This document shows positions 1-9,748 of a stretch of 64,000 bases of DNA, piece by piece. The position numbers and the translations under genes were made by a program. Each line of letters begins with the position of its first letter. Position 1 is the stretch's first letter. The notes below the pieces were generated by a model. It was given only the letters and a program-made list of their open reading frames with translations, was not told where the DNA came from and made no database searches. The DNA is from Thermoproteota archaeon (lineage in GTDB: Archaea; Korarchaeota; Korarchaeia; Korarchaeales; Korarchaeaceae), in contig JAOZFI010000006.1 in assembly GCA_027491395.1 (NCBI GenBank), forward strand, positions 64,001 to 128,000, read 5' to 3'.

Positions 1-932
1 ACGTTCTCGAGCGCTGTTATTGCGAGGGATCTCACCACCTTCGCTAGTCCGCAGACTTTCTCGCTCTTTATGGGATTTCTCTTGTGGGGCATGGTGCTGG
101 ATCCGACCTGAGCGGTGGATTCGAAGTACTCTTGGATCTCTCCTATCTCCGTCCTGTGAAGGTTCCTTATCTCGTTAGCTATGGCATCTAAGGAGGAGGA
201 CATTGCTGACATCGATGTGATTAACCGGGCTAACCTGTCCCTAGGAACTACCTGTGTGCTTATCTCTGCGGCTTTGAGGCCGAGCCTATCCAACACATCT
301 TCTTGAAATTTTATGGGGTCCTCGACGCCCAGCTCCACGAGCGCGGCCATCGTCCCAACTGCGCCAGATATCTTGCCGACTGCAGCATCATTTAGGGCCT
401 CTAATAGGCTTTCCAAACTCTTCCTCACGAAATACGACCACAGCGCGAACTTCATTGAGAGAGGGATCGGGTCCGCTATGACGCCGTGCGTCCTACCCGG
501 AGCCACTATCATATTCTTCCTTACCTCCTCTCCCCTCCTGACAATTTCCTCTAGGAGGTTTATTGTCCTCCTCACGAGCAGAGATCCAGCTTCTCTGATT
601 TGCAGGGCCATCACCGTATCGAGCACATCGTTGGAGGTTATCCCGAGGTGCACATACATACCGCTCCTCCCCGCCTTTCTAGCTAGGACCCTGACTAGAG
701 CCATCGTCTCATGCTTCGTGATCCTCTCTTCCTTCCTCACCTCATCCCAGCTTACGGACTCAGCAGCCCTCGTCACATCCTCAACCGCCTCCCTGGGCAC
801 TATCCCCCTGTCCGCAAGTGCCTCGAGTAGGGCGACCTCCACTCGGGCCATGAGCCTCACTCTGTTTTCAGGTTCGAAGACGCGCCTCATCTCGCTCGAT
901 CCATATCTGTAATCAATCGGATGAACTGGCAT
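1..932 (-). CDS. purB: Adenylosuccinate lyase (5' part; runs off the window start)
   Basis: Manual translation from ATG 932: MPVHPIDYRYGSSEMRRVFEPENRVRLMARVEVALLEALA, later HLGITSND, GRTHG and GSSTMPHKRNP fumarase/ASL signature. Not in the ORF track; overlaps hel308 end. Confidence 0.95.
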   Translation of the reverse strand, partial: MPVHPIDYRYGSSEMRRVFEPENRVRLMARVEVALLEALADRGIVPREAVEDVTRAAESVSWDEVRKEERITKHETMALVRVLARKAGRSGMYVHLGITSNDVLDTVMALQIREAGSLLVRRTINLLEEIVRRGEEVRKNMIVAPGRTHGVIADPIPLSMKFALWSYFVRKSLESLLEALNDAAVGKISGAVGTMAALVELGVEDPIKFQEDVLDRLGLKAAEISTQVVPRDRLARLITSMSAMSSSLDAIANEIRNLHRTEIGEIQEYFESTAQVGSSTMPHKRNPIKSEKVCGLAKVVRSLAITALEN

Positions 933-3024
933 GGATCATTGACCTCGCTTGTTCTATTATCTCCTTAGATAGGCACCTTCCTATCCCCGGCAACCTCTCA
1001 AGATCCCTTGGAGTCGCCTCAGCTATATCCTTAACGGTCCTGTACCCAGCCTCAAAGAGGACTTTGGCCCTTATCCTACCCACCCCTCTTATTGAGACGA
1101 GTTGGAGCATCTCCTCCGGTGTGCCGTGCTTCAGCCTCATGGACAGGGTGCCCAGCCAGTTAGCGAGCGCCTTCTTCCTCATTAATCTGGCTATCTCCGA
1201 GAAAGCGTAACAGAGCCAAGCACCTGTCTCAGCCAGTCCTCTCAGATCGCCCGGCTCTATTCCAATCCTCTCCTCGATATCTCCTTCAGCAACACCCTCG
1301 ATCCAAAGTTTCAAGGAGAGCGCAGCCTTGGTAATTTGAAGGAGTTCGTTCATTGAAGAGACGGGGATCTCCTCAATTGGAAGAAGGGGATCAACTTCGT
1401 CCAGTACCTCCTCTATCAGGGATCTACCGCCACGCTGGAGGGAAACCCTCGGCATGTCGGGAACCATTGAGATGAGGTGTAGGACGGGTAACTCTACGGA
1501 ATCGCCGGAGCCGAATCTCCGATCAAGCTCGCCCAAGGATCGAATCATTAGGTGAGCTGATGAAGGATCTACATAGAGCTCGGAGACCCTCTTACCAATC
1601 GAGGTAGCCTTGTAACCGTCGTGCTCGCTTACCAAGAACCCTTCCCGCTCCAGAGACGACAGGACGTAGGGTAAGGATCTCTCTATGAGCTTACTCCCGC
1701 CTTGGATATAAAGAAGAGTCCTTCCGAAGATTTCATCGAGATCAGACTTGCTCATATATCCCCGAGAAGATACAAGCGCCAAAACATGGTTCCTAAGCTG
1801 AGAGATATCGTAAAGCGACGAGGTTATCGGCTCAGGCTCCGATGAGAGATATCTCTTGAACACCCTCTCGGCATCACTCCCACTTCCAACGACCACGAAG
1901 GCCTCACCATAGGGATCGTATCTAGGTCGACCGGCTCTCCCAACCATCTGCCAGAATTCCATCACCGAGATGAGAGCCATTTTACCCAATCTCCTGTCGA
2001 ACCTCCTGTAGGAGCTTATGATGACGGTCCTAGCTGGCAAGTTCACTCCTGCTGCTAGGGTTGGAGTCGCAGTTATCACCCTGATCTTTCCAGAGCGAAA
2101 AGCGTTTTCTACAGCTTTCCTCAACTCGAAGGGTAATCCGGCATGGTGGAAGGCAACTCCCCTCCTCATGAAGAGGGCGAGCTTCTCCACGAGCTTGGAG
2201 GAGCTGTATCCGCCTAGACCTCCTTCAACCAACTCCCCCAACTCCACCCCTTCCAGATTCAACTTTGACGAGAGCTTCTCAGCCCAAGAGACCGCATCCA
2301 TCCTTCTGTTGTAGAATATTATGACCTGACCACCACTCTCCAAGCTCCTCACGACTAGAGGGAGGACCCCCTCCCCAGGCAGCGGTTCGATCTCTCCATC
2401 CTGAAATATCAGGTGTCCAGCGTGATACATGGCCACCCTCAAGGGAACGGGTCTCCAGTTAACTCTCAGGGGGGTAGCGCTCAGCCAAGATGAGATTTCC
2501 TCCAAGTTAGTGATAGTCGCGCTGAGGGCTATCCTCCTAGCATCGTCGTTATCGTGCATGAATTTGGAGACGGCCATCTCGAGAGTAGGTCCCCTGTAGG
2601 GATCTCCAACGTAGTGAACCTCGTCCAACACTAGGAGGGTCAGCTGCTCTAGCCAAGCGGCTCCATGCCTCTGAACCGAATCGAACTTCTCATACGTCAT
2701 CACTACGAGGTCGTACTGGGCCAGAGGCTCCTCGGACGAGTCGTAGTCGCCTATCGAGATTCTCACTCTATGACCGCTGAACACCCGAGAGAACTCCTCA
2801 TATTTCTCATAGGCCAAAGAACGCAGAGGTACTAGGTAGAGGACCTTTCCTCCCTTTTCTAGCTCTTCATTCATAACCATCTCGGCTGATAGCGTCTTCC
2901 CAGCCGCCGTGGGGGCAGCTAAAACGAAGTTCCCCTCCTCAAGCAAATTCCTATCTAGAATCACCCTCTGTGTCGGGTAAAGCTCCGTAACACCCAAACG
3001 CTCGAGGAGGTCCTCTATTCCCAT
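913..3024 (-). CDS. hel308: Ski2-like SF2 DNA helicase Hel308/Hjm
   Basis: APTAAGKT, DEVH, SAT, FHHAGL, ATPTLAAGVNLPA, QMVGRAGRP; C-terminal HhH. Confidence 0.93.
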   Translation of the reverse strand: MGIEDLLERLGVTELYPTQRVILDRNLLEEGNFVLAAPTAAGKTLSAEMVMNEELEKGGKVLYLVPLRSLAYEKYEEFSRVFSGHRVRISIGDYDSSEEPLAQYDLVVMTYEKFDSVQRHGAAWLEQLTLLVLDEVHYVGDPYRGPTLEMAVSKFMHDNDDARRIALSATITNLEEISSWLSATPLRVNWRPVPLRVAMYHAGHLIFQDGEIEPLPGEGVLPLVVRSLESGGQVIIFYNRRMDAVSWAEKLSSKLNLEGVELGELVEGGLGGYSSSKLVEKLALFMRRGVAFHHAGLPFELRKAVENAFRSGKIRVITATPTLAAGVNLPARTVIISSYRRFDRRLGKMALISVMEFWQMVGRAGRPRYDPYGEAFVVVGSGSDAERVFKRYLSSEPEPITSSLYDISQLRNHVLALVSSRGYMSKSDLDEIFGRTLLYIQGGSKLIERSLPYVLSSLEREGFLVSEHDGYKATSIGKRVSELYVDPSSAHLMIRSLGELDRRFGSGDSVELPVLHLISMVPDMPRVSLQRGGRSLIEEVLDEVDPLLPIEEIPVSSMNELLQITKAALSLKLWIEGVAEGDIEERIGIEPGDLRGLAETGAWLCYAFSEIARLMRKKALANWLGTLSMRLKHGTPEEMLQLVSIRGVGRIRAKVLFEAGYRTVKDIAEATPRDLERLPGIGRCLSKEIIEQARSMIHASSSD

Positions 3025-3028
3025 TCTT

Positions 3029-5170
3029 TCATCCTTCTAACAGGCTGATTTTGTCCAGCTTGGGGAATATTATCAGACCGTCCTCGTTGAGCTTCTTCAG
3101 GATGTCCTCTATTACGTACTCCTTCCCCCTTAGATTGAGCTTCTCAGCAGCCAGTCTCACCACTACATCCCTATCAACAGTACCATCCTCAGATTCCTCC
3201 ACTAGCTGCTTGATCAGAGAGTAGACTATCTCCCTCCTCTTGACCACGGTGTAGGAGACACCAGTCATGAGCCCAGTGATATCCCTTATCCCAGATACTA
3301 CATCGTGAGCGGCCCCCTCCAGCATTATATTCACCAACTTGATAGACATCTCGGCATCCTCGGCCGTCACCTCCTTCCTGAGGTGCATCCTAGCCCTGGC
3401 CTCGCTGAGCCTTATGAGAGCCTCTAATTGCCTCGGGGTTATTGCGATGGTCTCGAAGAGGACATCCCCTCCCTCCTCGTCTCTGGCTATACCCTTCTTC
3501 CTCATCTCTACGTAAAATTCCTTTATCTTTCTGGCGGCCTCGTCGGTTAGCGTCGGGTCTATGTTCTGCTTCGCATACGCTATGTACTTCTTCAACAGAG
3601 TAGGATCTATCGGAGGCTTGGCTTCGGGGTTCCTCCCCATTCTGGTGATGAGTATGTGCTCGGCTACCATGCTGTCGGCTTCGGGGCTAGGCCTGTCCTT
3701 CATTATGAACACTAGGTCGAACCTGGAGAGGATCGTTGGTGGGAGGTTTATGTTCTCAGTTATGGAAACGTAGTCATCGTACCTACCCTTTTTCGGGTTA
3801 GCTGCGGCAATAATGGTGGTCCGCGCGTTAAGTGTAGCCACTATCCCTGCCTTAGCTATTGAGATAGTTTGTTGCTCCATGGCTTCATGTATTGATCTCC
3901 TATCGTCCTCGTTCATCTTGTCAAACTCGTCGATGCAAGCGACTCCCCTGTCTGCCAGTACCAGCGCACCGGCCTCTAGAGTCCATCCGCCCGTTGTAGA
4001 GTCCCTAACAACCGCAGCAGTCAGGCCTGCCGCGGTCGATCCCTTTCCTGTCGTGTATAAGCCTCGAGGCGCTAATTGCGCAGCGTATTTGAGAAGCTGG
4101 CTCTTGGCAACTCCCGGATCTCCCACCATGAGAATGTTTATCTCTCCCCTTACCTTAGAGCCGTCGGCTAGTATCTTGGTACTGCCTCCGAAAAGGGCAT
4201 AAGCTATCGCCCTCTTTACCTCTATCCAGCCGAACACGGAGGGGGCGATGGACTTGACGATGAGATCCTCTAGATCTTCCCTCTCAGCTAACCTCCAGAT
4301 CTCCTCCTCGTCCTCTGGAGTTATTTCAAGCTTCTCGTAGATTCTATTTGGAACCTCGACATGCACTATCTCCAAATAACGCTTATAGATCGGGCCTTGC
4401 CCCCTTCCCTCGTCCCTTCTAGCTGGTTTGATCCTTATTATTCCCGTGATCTTGACCCTATCTCCCGGCTTGACCTCATCCACTATATCATCCAAGAGGA
4501 TCCCGTCTATATGCTCAGGCATCATACCTGGAGGGAGATCCTCTGGCCTCTCTTGGATCCTTATAGTCCTCCATCTCACGAACTCGCTGAGCTCGTGATC
4601 AAATCTCATTGGCGCCCCGCAGTCGGGACATTTATCAGGAGGCCTGAATCTTCCACTGATTACCTCAATTTCCTCTACTCTACCACACATGGGGTTGGTA
4701 CACACGTACACAGCTCTCTCCAGCTTATCATAGATGTCCGATACCCTGGTGATTATCCCCTCTATCTCTATCAGTCTCCCTATTGAGAACTTGGTCACAT
4801 CTCTCAGGGTTGCCTTTGTAGGGACGTTGTAGAACCTGAGGTGGAAGTCACCCTCGCTGTAGATCCTGAACTTATCCTCCCTGACCAGATCACCTAAGAG
4901 CTCGCTTACAAGCTCCTTCAGTGCTCTTGAAGCTGCCTCTAAATGGAAAGTCGGATGAACTATGATATCCTCGGCTATCTCCCTGAATTCTGGGTTGAAA
5001 TTGTAAAGGTGGACCCAATTAACCTCTAGAGATCTCCTTTGATCCTCTATCATCTGAGCTAGTGCGTTGCTATAGATGGGCTCACCGCCCTCATCTAAGT
5101 AGAACCGTATGAACTCTTTATACTTCTCGGCGAGCTCGTCGGGAGACAGAAGAGGGGCCCTCTCCACCAT
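3029..5170 (-). CDS. mcm: Replicative helicase MCM (no intein)
   Basis: Zn finger, GDPGVAKSQLL Walker A, IDEFDKM, SRFD, TPRQLE; C-terminal wH. Confidence 0.97.
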   Translation of the reverse strand: MVERAPLLSPDELAEKYKEFIRFYLDEGGEPIYSNALAQMIEDQRRSLEVNWVHLYNFNPEFREIAEDIIVHPTFHLEAASRALKELVSELLGDLVREDKFRIYSEGDFHLRFYNVPTKATLRDVTKFSIGRLIEIEGIITRVSDIYDKLERAVYVCTNPMCGRVEEIEVISGRFRPPDKCPDCGAPMRFDHELSEFVRWRTIRIQERPEDLPPGMMPEHIDGILLDDIVDEVKPGDRVKITGIIRIKPARRDEGRGQGPIYKRYLEIVHVEVPNRIYEKLEITPEDEEEIWRLAEREDLEDLIVKSIAPSVFGWIEVKRAIAYALFGGSTKILADGSKVRGEINILMVGDPGVAKSQLLKYAAQLAPRGLYTTGKGSTAAGLTAAVVRDSTTGGWTLEAGALVLADRGVACIDEFDKMNEDDRRSIHEAMEQQTISIAKAGIVATLNARTTIIAAANPKKGRYDDYVSITENINLPPTILSRFDLVFIMKDRPSPEADSMVAEHILITRMGRNPEAKPPIDPTLLKKYIAYAKQNIDPTLTDEAARKIKEFYVEMRKKGIARDEEGGDVLFETIAITPRQLEALIRLSEARARMHLRKEVTAEDAEMSIKLVNIMLEGAAHDVVSGIRDITGLMTGVSYTVVKRREIVYSLIKQLVEESEDGTVDRDVVVRLAAEKLNLRGKEYVIEDILKKLNEDGLIIFPKLDKISLLEG

Positions 5171-5724
5171 TATTCATCATCCCTTACTCCTAGGAAGGCG
5201 CTCATCCACCCATCTACAACCGCCCTCAGGGCATTATAAAGGATGAGTTCTTCAGGCAGGAGATTTTTGGGAGTTCTTTTACTCGTTAACGCTATCGAGG
5301 TCCTTATATGATTCAAGATCTTGGAAATCCTCTTATTTACTAGGGAAATCGCATCCCTACGTATCAGAGAATCTTCAGGGGAGTGCTCCAATATCTCCCT
5401 GATCAAGGGGTATGTGTAGGGAGGGAGTTCTAGGGGCATCAGGGACACTTTCTCCTTGTAAAGCTTCTCGCTGATGATCTTCCAGTTCACCTCCTCGACC
5501 TCAGCGAGTCCCTCCTCCGCTAGGATATCAGCCAACCACTTGGGTACTTCCACTTCCACATCCTTGAACAACCTGATTCCAAGCCTCTCCAATCCCAAAT
5601 CTCTTTTAGGTGTGATCCTAACCCGTTGTATCTCTTCTAAGACGCGAGCCATTCTCTTAGATATCACGGGAGGGCACCCATCTATTCCAGAAAGTATGTT
5701 AAATAAGCACGACTCCAAATTCAT
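5170..5724 (-). CDS. GINS subunit (Gins23-type); true start probably nearer 5652-5667
   Basis: EVEVPKWLA B-domain motif followed by helical A-domain with NLLPEE; abuts mcm. Confidence 0.75.
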   Translation of the reverse strand: MNLESCLFNILSGIDGCPPVISKRMARVLEEIQRVRITPKRDLGLERLGIRLFKDVEVEVPKWLADILAEEGLAEVEEVNWKIISEKLYKEKVSLMPLELPPYTYPLIREILEHSPEDSLIRRDAISLVNKRISKILNHIRTSIALTSKRTPKNLLPEELILYNALRAVVDGWMSAFLGVRDDE

Positions 5725-5727
5725 GCG

Positions 5728-6582
5728 ATGCTGGTAAAGGGCTCTCCAGCGAGCAGCGTAACGCTGATATACAATGACGGCAAGAAGAAGACGTTAAAGC
5801 TGGCCAAAAGGCTTGAGGATCTACTCAAAGAGTCTAAAATAAGGATCGTTGGACTGGAAGACGGTCCAGATGTGATCGTGGTCATCGGTGGGGACGGAAC
5901 ACTTCTCAGGGCTTTCCATCAGACCTTGGGTGGGATACCGATCTTGGGAGTGAAGGATGGGACGTACGGAACATTGCTGGAGGTCGATCCAGACGAGATA
6001 GAGTATATACCAGATATACTCTCGAGAGGAATGTACTGGCTCGAGGAGACGTCGACTATTGAAACTAGAGGTGATATAAGGCTCATAGCACTAAACGAGT
6101 TCTTGATAAGGAGTGGAAAGCTCGGTAAGTCGTCTAGGTTGGGAATAGCTGTTGATGGGATTCCAACTGGGGAGTGCATATGTGATGGGGTCATAATATC
6201 CACCCCAACCGGCTCCCTAGCTTATTCTCTTGCGGCTGGTGGTCCTCTAGTTGATCCCAGATCCAAGGACATGGTCGTGTCCTACGTAGCTCCGTGGCCA
6301 CCTAGCCTCACCCTCGCAGTCAAGTCATTCGTACTCCCCTTAGAGTCGGAGGTGGAGATATGGTCCCCAGATCCCCAAGCCTACATAGTAGCTGACGGTC
6401 TCACTCCACTGAAGATGAGACCCCCGATCAGAGTTTCAGGCTCGGATATCAAGGGCGTCTTCGTCCGATTGTCTTCCAACCCGGCCGACTTCTACAAGAG
6501 GATAGTCAAGAGGATGGTTCCAAGGAGGCTAACAGGCATAATGGACTACTTAGAAACAGGCATACTCCCGCAAAACCTTTAA
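5728..6582 (+). CDS. nadK: NAD(+) kinase
   Basis: GGDGTLL, LNE, DGVIISTPTGSLAYSLAAGGP. Confidence 0.93.
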   Translation: MLVKGSPASSVTLIYNDGKKKTLKLAKRLEDLLKESKIRIVGLEDGPDVIVVIGGDGTLLRAFHQTLGGIPILGVKDGTYGTLLEVDPDEIEYIPDILSRGMYWLEETSTIETRGDIRLIALNEFLIRSGKLGKSSRLGIAVDGIPTGECICDGVIISTPTGSLAYSLAAGGPLVDPRSKDMVVSYVAPWPPSLTLAVKSFVLPLESEVEIWSPDPQAYIVADGLTPLKMRPPIRVSGSDIKGVFVRLSSNPADFYKRIVKRMVPRRLTGIMDYLETGILPQNL

Positions 6583-6613
6583 ATTCCTGAGAATGGGAAG
6601 ACATGAACGCGGG

Positions 6614-6700
6614 GCGGGGGTGGCCGAGCCAGGTCCAAGGCGACGGACTCAAGATCCGTTGGGCGTCAGGCCCGCGTGGGTTCGAATCCCACCCCCCGCA
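6614..6700 (+). tRNA. tRNA-Leu(CAA), no encoded CCA, no intron
   Basis: GCGGGGG/CCCCCGC acceptor stem, ACGGA-CTCAAGA-TCCGT anticodon arm, long variable arm, GTTCGAATC T-loop; TTTAAAT TATA-like element near 6578. Confidence 0.97.
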
Positions 6701-6706
6701 CTCATC

Positions 6707-7852
6707 TCAAAGTTCTCCATACTCCTTGAACATCTCCACGAGAATCGGATTTATCTCAACTATTTTCGTTTTACCCACGGAGGTTCTCCTCACCACACCT
6801 GCCGAGTCCAATCGCTTCAAAATCCTAGATACCTTGCTTTTAGAGAAGCCCGTGAGTTCAGGGAGATCCTTCTGCTCGATTTTCCCCCCTTTCTCTAGTA
6901 TTATATCCAGTATACTGCGTTCATCCCTGTCAAGCCTCTCCACCAGCTCCTTGTACTGTTCCAATGTCTCATCATCTAAAACTATCTCCTCAGGCGAGGA
7001 ACCAGACCATCCCTCCAATTTGGGTTTCCTTGATGCTCTCTTGTAGAGCATGAATGCTGCCCCTCCCGTTATAGCGTTCGATCCTAGAATGGCCAACAGT
7101 AGCTCCGTGAGAGGTAGCCCTCTATCCACACCGTTTGACGGTGTAGTATTGGTGATGACTATCGTCTCTTCGCTTTTGGGAGGTAGAGTTTCTCCCTCTA
7201 CTCTAAATACTATGCTGAAGTCCCATGCGTTTCCTCTCGGTAGAGGGAAGGGTTTCCACAATGCTGTCAGCCTCTCCGATAGGGGATCCATCTCCACGGC
7301 ACCGGAAGTTCCTATCTTGGTTATGGCAGCTCCGTATGGAAGCAATATCCTCATCGTAGACCTGTTGTATTCTACGGTAGCATTGGGCATGTAGAATCGA
7401 TATACTAGCCTATACGTGTTGTCTTTAACCCTAACTAGTATGGTGTTCGGCTTGAACATGAAGGAGAATGTGATATTCCTTACATCACCTGGCCTCATCT
7501 CCTTTCCGAATTTTACCAGTATGACGTCGGCATAGGACTTCGTTTCGATCTTACTCACGGAGATGTCCCCTGAGAGCGGCCTCAGATTCTCTATGCCTTT
7601 ATACGGGTTCTCTATGACTATACCCACCGGAAGTACCGGGAACATTAGGGAGTTAACGCTACCATTGTACTCTTCATCGACAACGATCTCAGCAGTGATC
7701 GTTACCTTAACAGACGTATTCTCATAAAGCTCCGTGCTAACATTCATTTTATTTATAGTCACACCAGCGACGGGTCCTCCAGCGGAGTGGAAACTCAACT
7801 GGGCCATTATGAGTAGGAGTATTCCTGTTAGTATCGTTGCGTTTTGTTTCAT
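6707..7852 (-). CDS. Membrane-anchored winged-HTH transcriptional regulator with extracellular domain (COG2512-like)
   Basis: Signal peptide, beta-rich domain with many N-x-S/T sequons, Pro/Thr linker, TM helix, C-terminal QKDLPELTGFSKSKVSRILKRL wHTH. Confidence 0.8.
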   Translation of the reverse strand: MKQNATILTGILLLIMAQLSFHSAGGPVAGVTINKMNVSTELYENTSVKVTITAEIVVDEEYNGSVNSLMFPVLPVGIVIENPYKGIENLRPLSGDISVSKIETKSYADVILVKFGKEMRPGDVRNITFSFMFKPNTILVRVKDNTYRLVYRFYMPNATVEYNRSTMRILLPYGAAITKIGTSGAVEMDPLSERLTALWKPFPLPRGNAWDFSIVFRVEGETLPPKSEETIVITNTTPSNGVDRGLPLTELLLAILGSNAITGGAAFMLYKRASRKPKLEGWSGSSPEEIVLDDETLEQYKELVERLDRDERSILDIILEKGGKIEQKDLPELTGFSKSKVSRILKRLDSAGVVRRTSVGKTKIVEINPILVEMFKEYGEL

Positions 7853-7940
7853 AAGCTCTTCACCTTTTTATGGCTACCTAAGGGGGAACCTAGGAAAACA
7901 TTATTAAACTATCACGGCTCTAGTCGATGGGAGACCTGAC

Positions 7941-8366
7941 TTGAAGACAAATCCCCCCATTTTTCAGCATGTAGTGGATTGGGTTAGGAAATTGAACTCT
8001 AGAGCGTCCTTTTCTGATGTAGAGGTTATAGTAGAGGGCCCACGGGATGAAGCTGCTTTAGAGGATATAGGTGTTCACGCTACCTTCACACACGCCTCTC
8101 GGCTGATCAGGGAAATCAGAGATCTGGGAGAGGCTAGAGTGATAGGCAGGACTTTTATCATACTCACGGATTTTGATACGGAAGGATCAGATTTACACGA
8201 TAGATTGAAGAGAATAATCACAGAAATGGGGGGAAAAGTAGATGAATTTCCCAGAAGCTACTATAGGTCTATAGGTCTGCCCCCTTTGGTGGAGGAGGTA
8301 AGTGGCTTCCTGAAGAGGAGGGTCGTGGATTGGAGTATACTAATCGAAGGTTGGCGATCAGAGTAA
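7941..8366 (+). CDS. Small Toprim-domain protein (COG1658/RNase M5-like)
   Basis: IVEGPRD and LTDFDTEG Toprim motifs. Confidence 0.82.
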   Translation: MKTNPPIFQHVVDWVRKLNSRASFSDVEVIVEGPRDEAALEDIGVHATFTHASRLIREIRDLGEARVIGRTFIILTDFDTEGSDLHDRLKRIITEMGGKVDEFPRSYYRSIGLPPLVEEVSGFLKRRVVDWSILIEGWRSE

Positions 8367-8836
8367 CACTGGTAGCTGAAGTCTACCCGACTGAAGACAT
8401 CAAAAGAGTCCTCCAGGCTATGAACACCATAATCCCTTTCAGCGAGGAGGTCGATGATGTTGATATAGAGGAGGAAGGACGAAGGAAGCTGATAAAAGTG
8501 AGGAAGGAGGGTCATGAAGCGCTAATTAAGCTGAGATCGGCCTTTAGGAATAACAGGATACTAGATACTGCGAGAAGTCTGCTCATGACGAGGAGAGGAA
8601 ATCTAAGAGCCTTGAAATTCCACAAACAAGCAGCATACGTGGGTAAGGTGAGGCTTTGCGATGAGGACGAGATGTCTCCCCTGGGTGTGATATCTCTCAT
8701 CATAAATTACGAAGGAGACGCCCAAACACTGGCCGACTGGCTCGCTCCCAAAACGGAGAGGGGGAGGCCCATTAAGGAGGCCACCACTCACGAACTGCTC
8801 TACGGAAGAACTACCTCATCAGAGATCGACGGTTAG
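8351..8836 (+). CDS. UPF0201 (COG1931) putative RNA-binding protein
   Basis: AEVYPTED, ILDTARS, HKQAAYVG, WLAP motifs; TTG start at 8351 inferred. Confidence 0.82.
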   Translation: MAIRVTLVAEVYPTEDIKRVLQAMNTIIPFSEEVDDVDIEEEGRRKLIKVRKEGHEALIKLRSAFRNNRILDTARSLLMTRRGNLRALKFHKQAAYVGKVRLCDEDEMSPLGVISLIINYEGDAQTLADWLAPKTERGRPIKEATTHELLYGRTTSSEIDG

Positions 8837-9748
8837 AAAATCCCGAGCAGCCATAACTTGTCCACTATAAGCTTTAGCGGCCTCCTCTTCGAACCTAACT
8901 AGATCTTCCTCCCTGTATCTGGCGCTGAAGTGCGTCAGGATTAACCTCTTGACGCCAGCAGCCTCCGCAATCTTACCAGCCTCTAGTGCGGTGCTATGCC
9001 CGGTAGCTACAGCCCTCTCCCTTAACTCATCGAGGTAGGTGGCCTCGTGTATCAAAGCATCAGCTCCCCTTGCCGCAGATATGACCGATTCGGTCGGTCT
9101 CGTATCGGATGAATATACGAGGATGGCTCCTCTGCGGGGCGGGCCCATAACGTCCTGGGGCCTCACAATCCTACCATCGGGTAGCTTTACAGAGAATCCC
9201 CTCTGGAGAACGCTTCTTAATACCAAAGGAACGCCGAGCTCATCTGCCTTCACAGGATCGAATCTCCCCGGTCTATCTCTCTCTCTGATCCTGACGCCAT
9301 AGGTCTCGAATCCAGCATGGTCGACGGGGAAGAACTCCACGGTGAACTTACCTAGTTCTATGGACTTGGAGATCTCTATCTCCCTGAATACCACCTTGAA
9401 CTGTGGTTTAGAGCCGGTCTTCTCCTCAACCTCCTCCAGTATGTAACGCAAATCCTTAGGTCCTATTACTAGGAGCTCAGAACCCTTTCGCAGTATGCTC
9501 AGTGACTGGATCATAGGCATAATCCCGAAAAAGTGATCTCCATGGAGGTGAGTTATGATCACCTTGTCTATCTTCATTAAGCTCTCTCTGGCCTTGATCA
9601 ACTGCCTCTGAGTACCTTCACCGCAGTCCAATAGAAGAGAATCTCCTGATGTCTTCACAAGGATGGCAGGCAATCCTCTGTCGTCCGTAGGTACCGCTGA
9701 ACTCGTTCCGAGGAACCTCACCTTCACTCTCCCATCCTCGCTACCCAT
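8819..9748 (-). CDS. rnz: Ribonuclease Z (tRNA 3'-end processing)
   Basis: FLGTSSAVPT, DCGEGTQ, THLHGDH, flexible arm, DTRP, HEAT, HST, THFSARY. Confidence 0.95.
   Translation of the reverse strand: MGSEDGRVKVRFLGTSSAVPTDDRGLPAILVKTSGDSLLLDCGEGTQRQLIKARESLMKIDKVIITHLHGDHFFGIMPMIQSLSILRKGSELLVIGPKDLRYILEEVEEKTGSKPQFKVVFREIEISKSIELGKFTVEFFPVDHAGFETYGVRIRERDRPGRFDPVKADELGVPLVLRSVLQRGFSVKLPDGRIVRPQDVMGPPRRGAILVYSSDTRPTESVISAARGADALIHEATYLDELRERAVATGHSTALEAGKIAEAAGVKRLILTHFSARYREEDLVRFEEEAAKAYSGQVMAARDFLTVDL

Noticed and set aside
313-912. 199-aa plus-strand ORF and the many other antisense ORFs in the track
   Set aside because: These are shadow ORFs opposite well-supported genes (here purB), with Ser/Leu-rich composition and no motifs.
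3029-5170. Inteins in MCM, Hel308, Lhr, AtpA or TFB, and introns in tRNAs
   Set aside because: Lengths and motif continuity are normal, and no bulge-helix-bulge insertions appear in the four tRNAs.
6593-7046. ORFs spanning tRNA genes (also 43267-43506 and the 5' extensions of ORFs 14052, 16435 and 43530)
   Set aside because: They are translations of tRNA sequence. Better SD-supported starts lie downstream where real genes exist.
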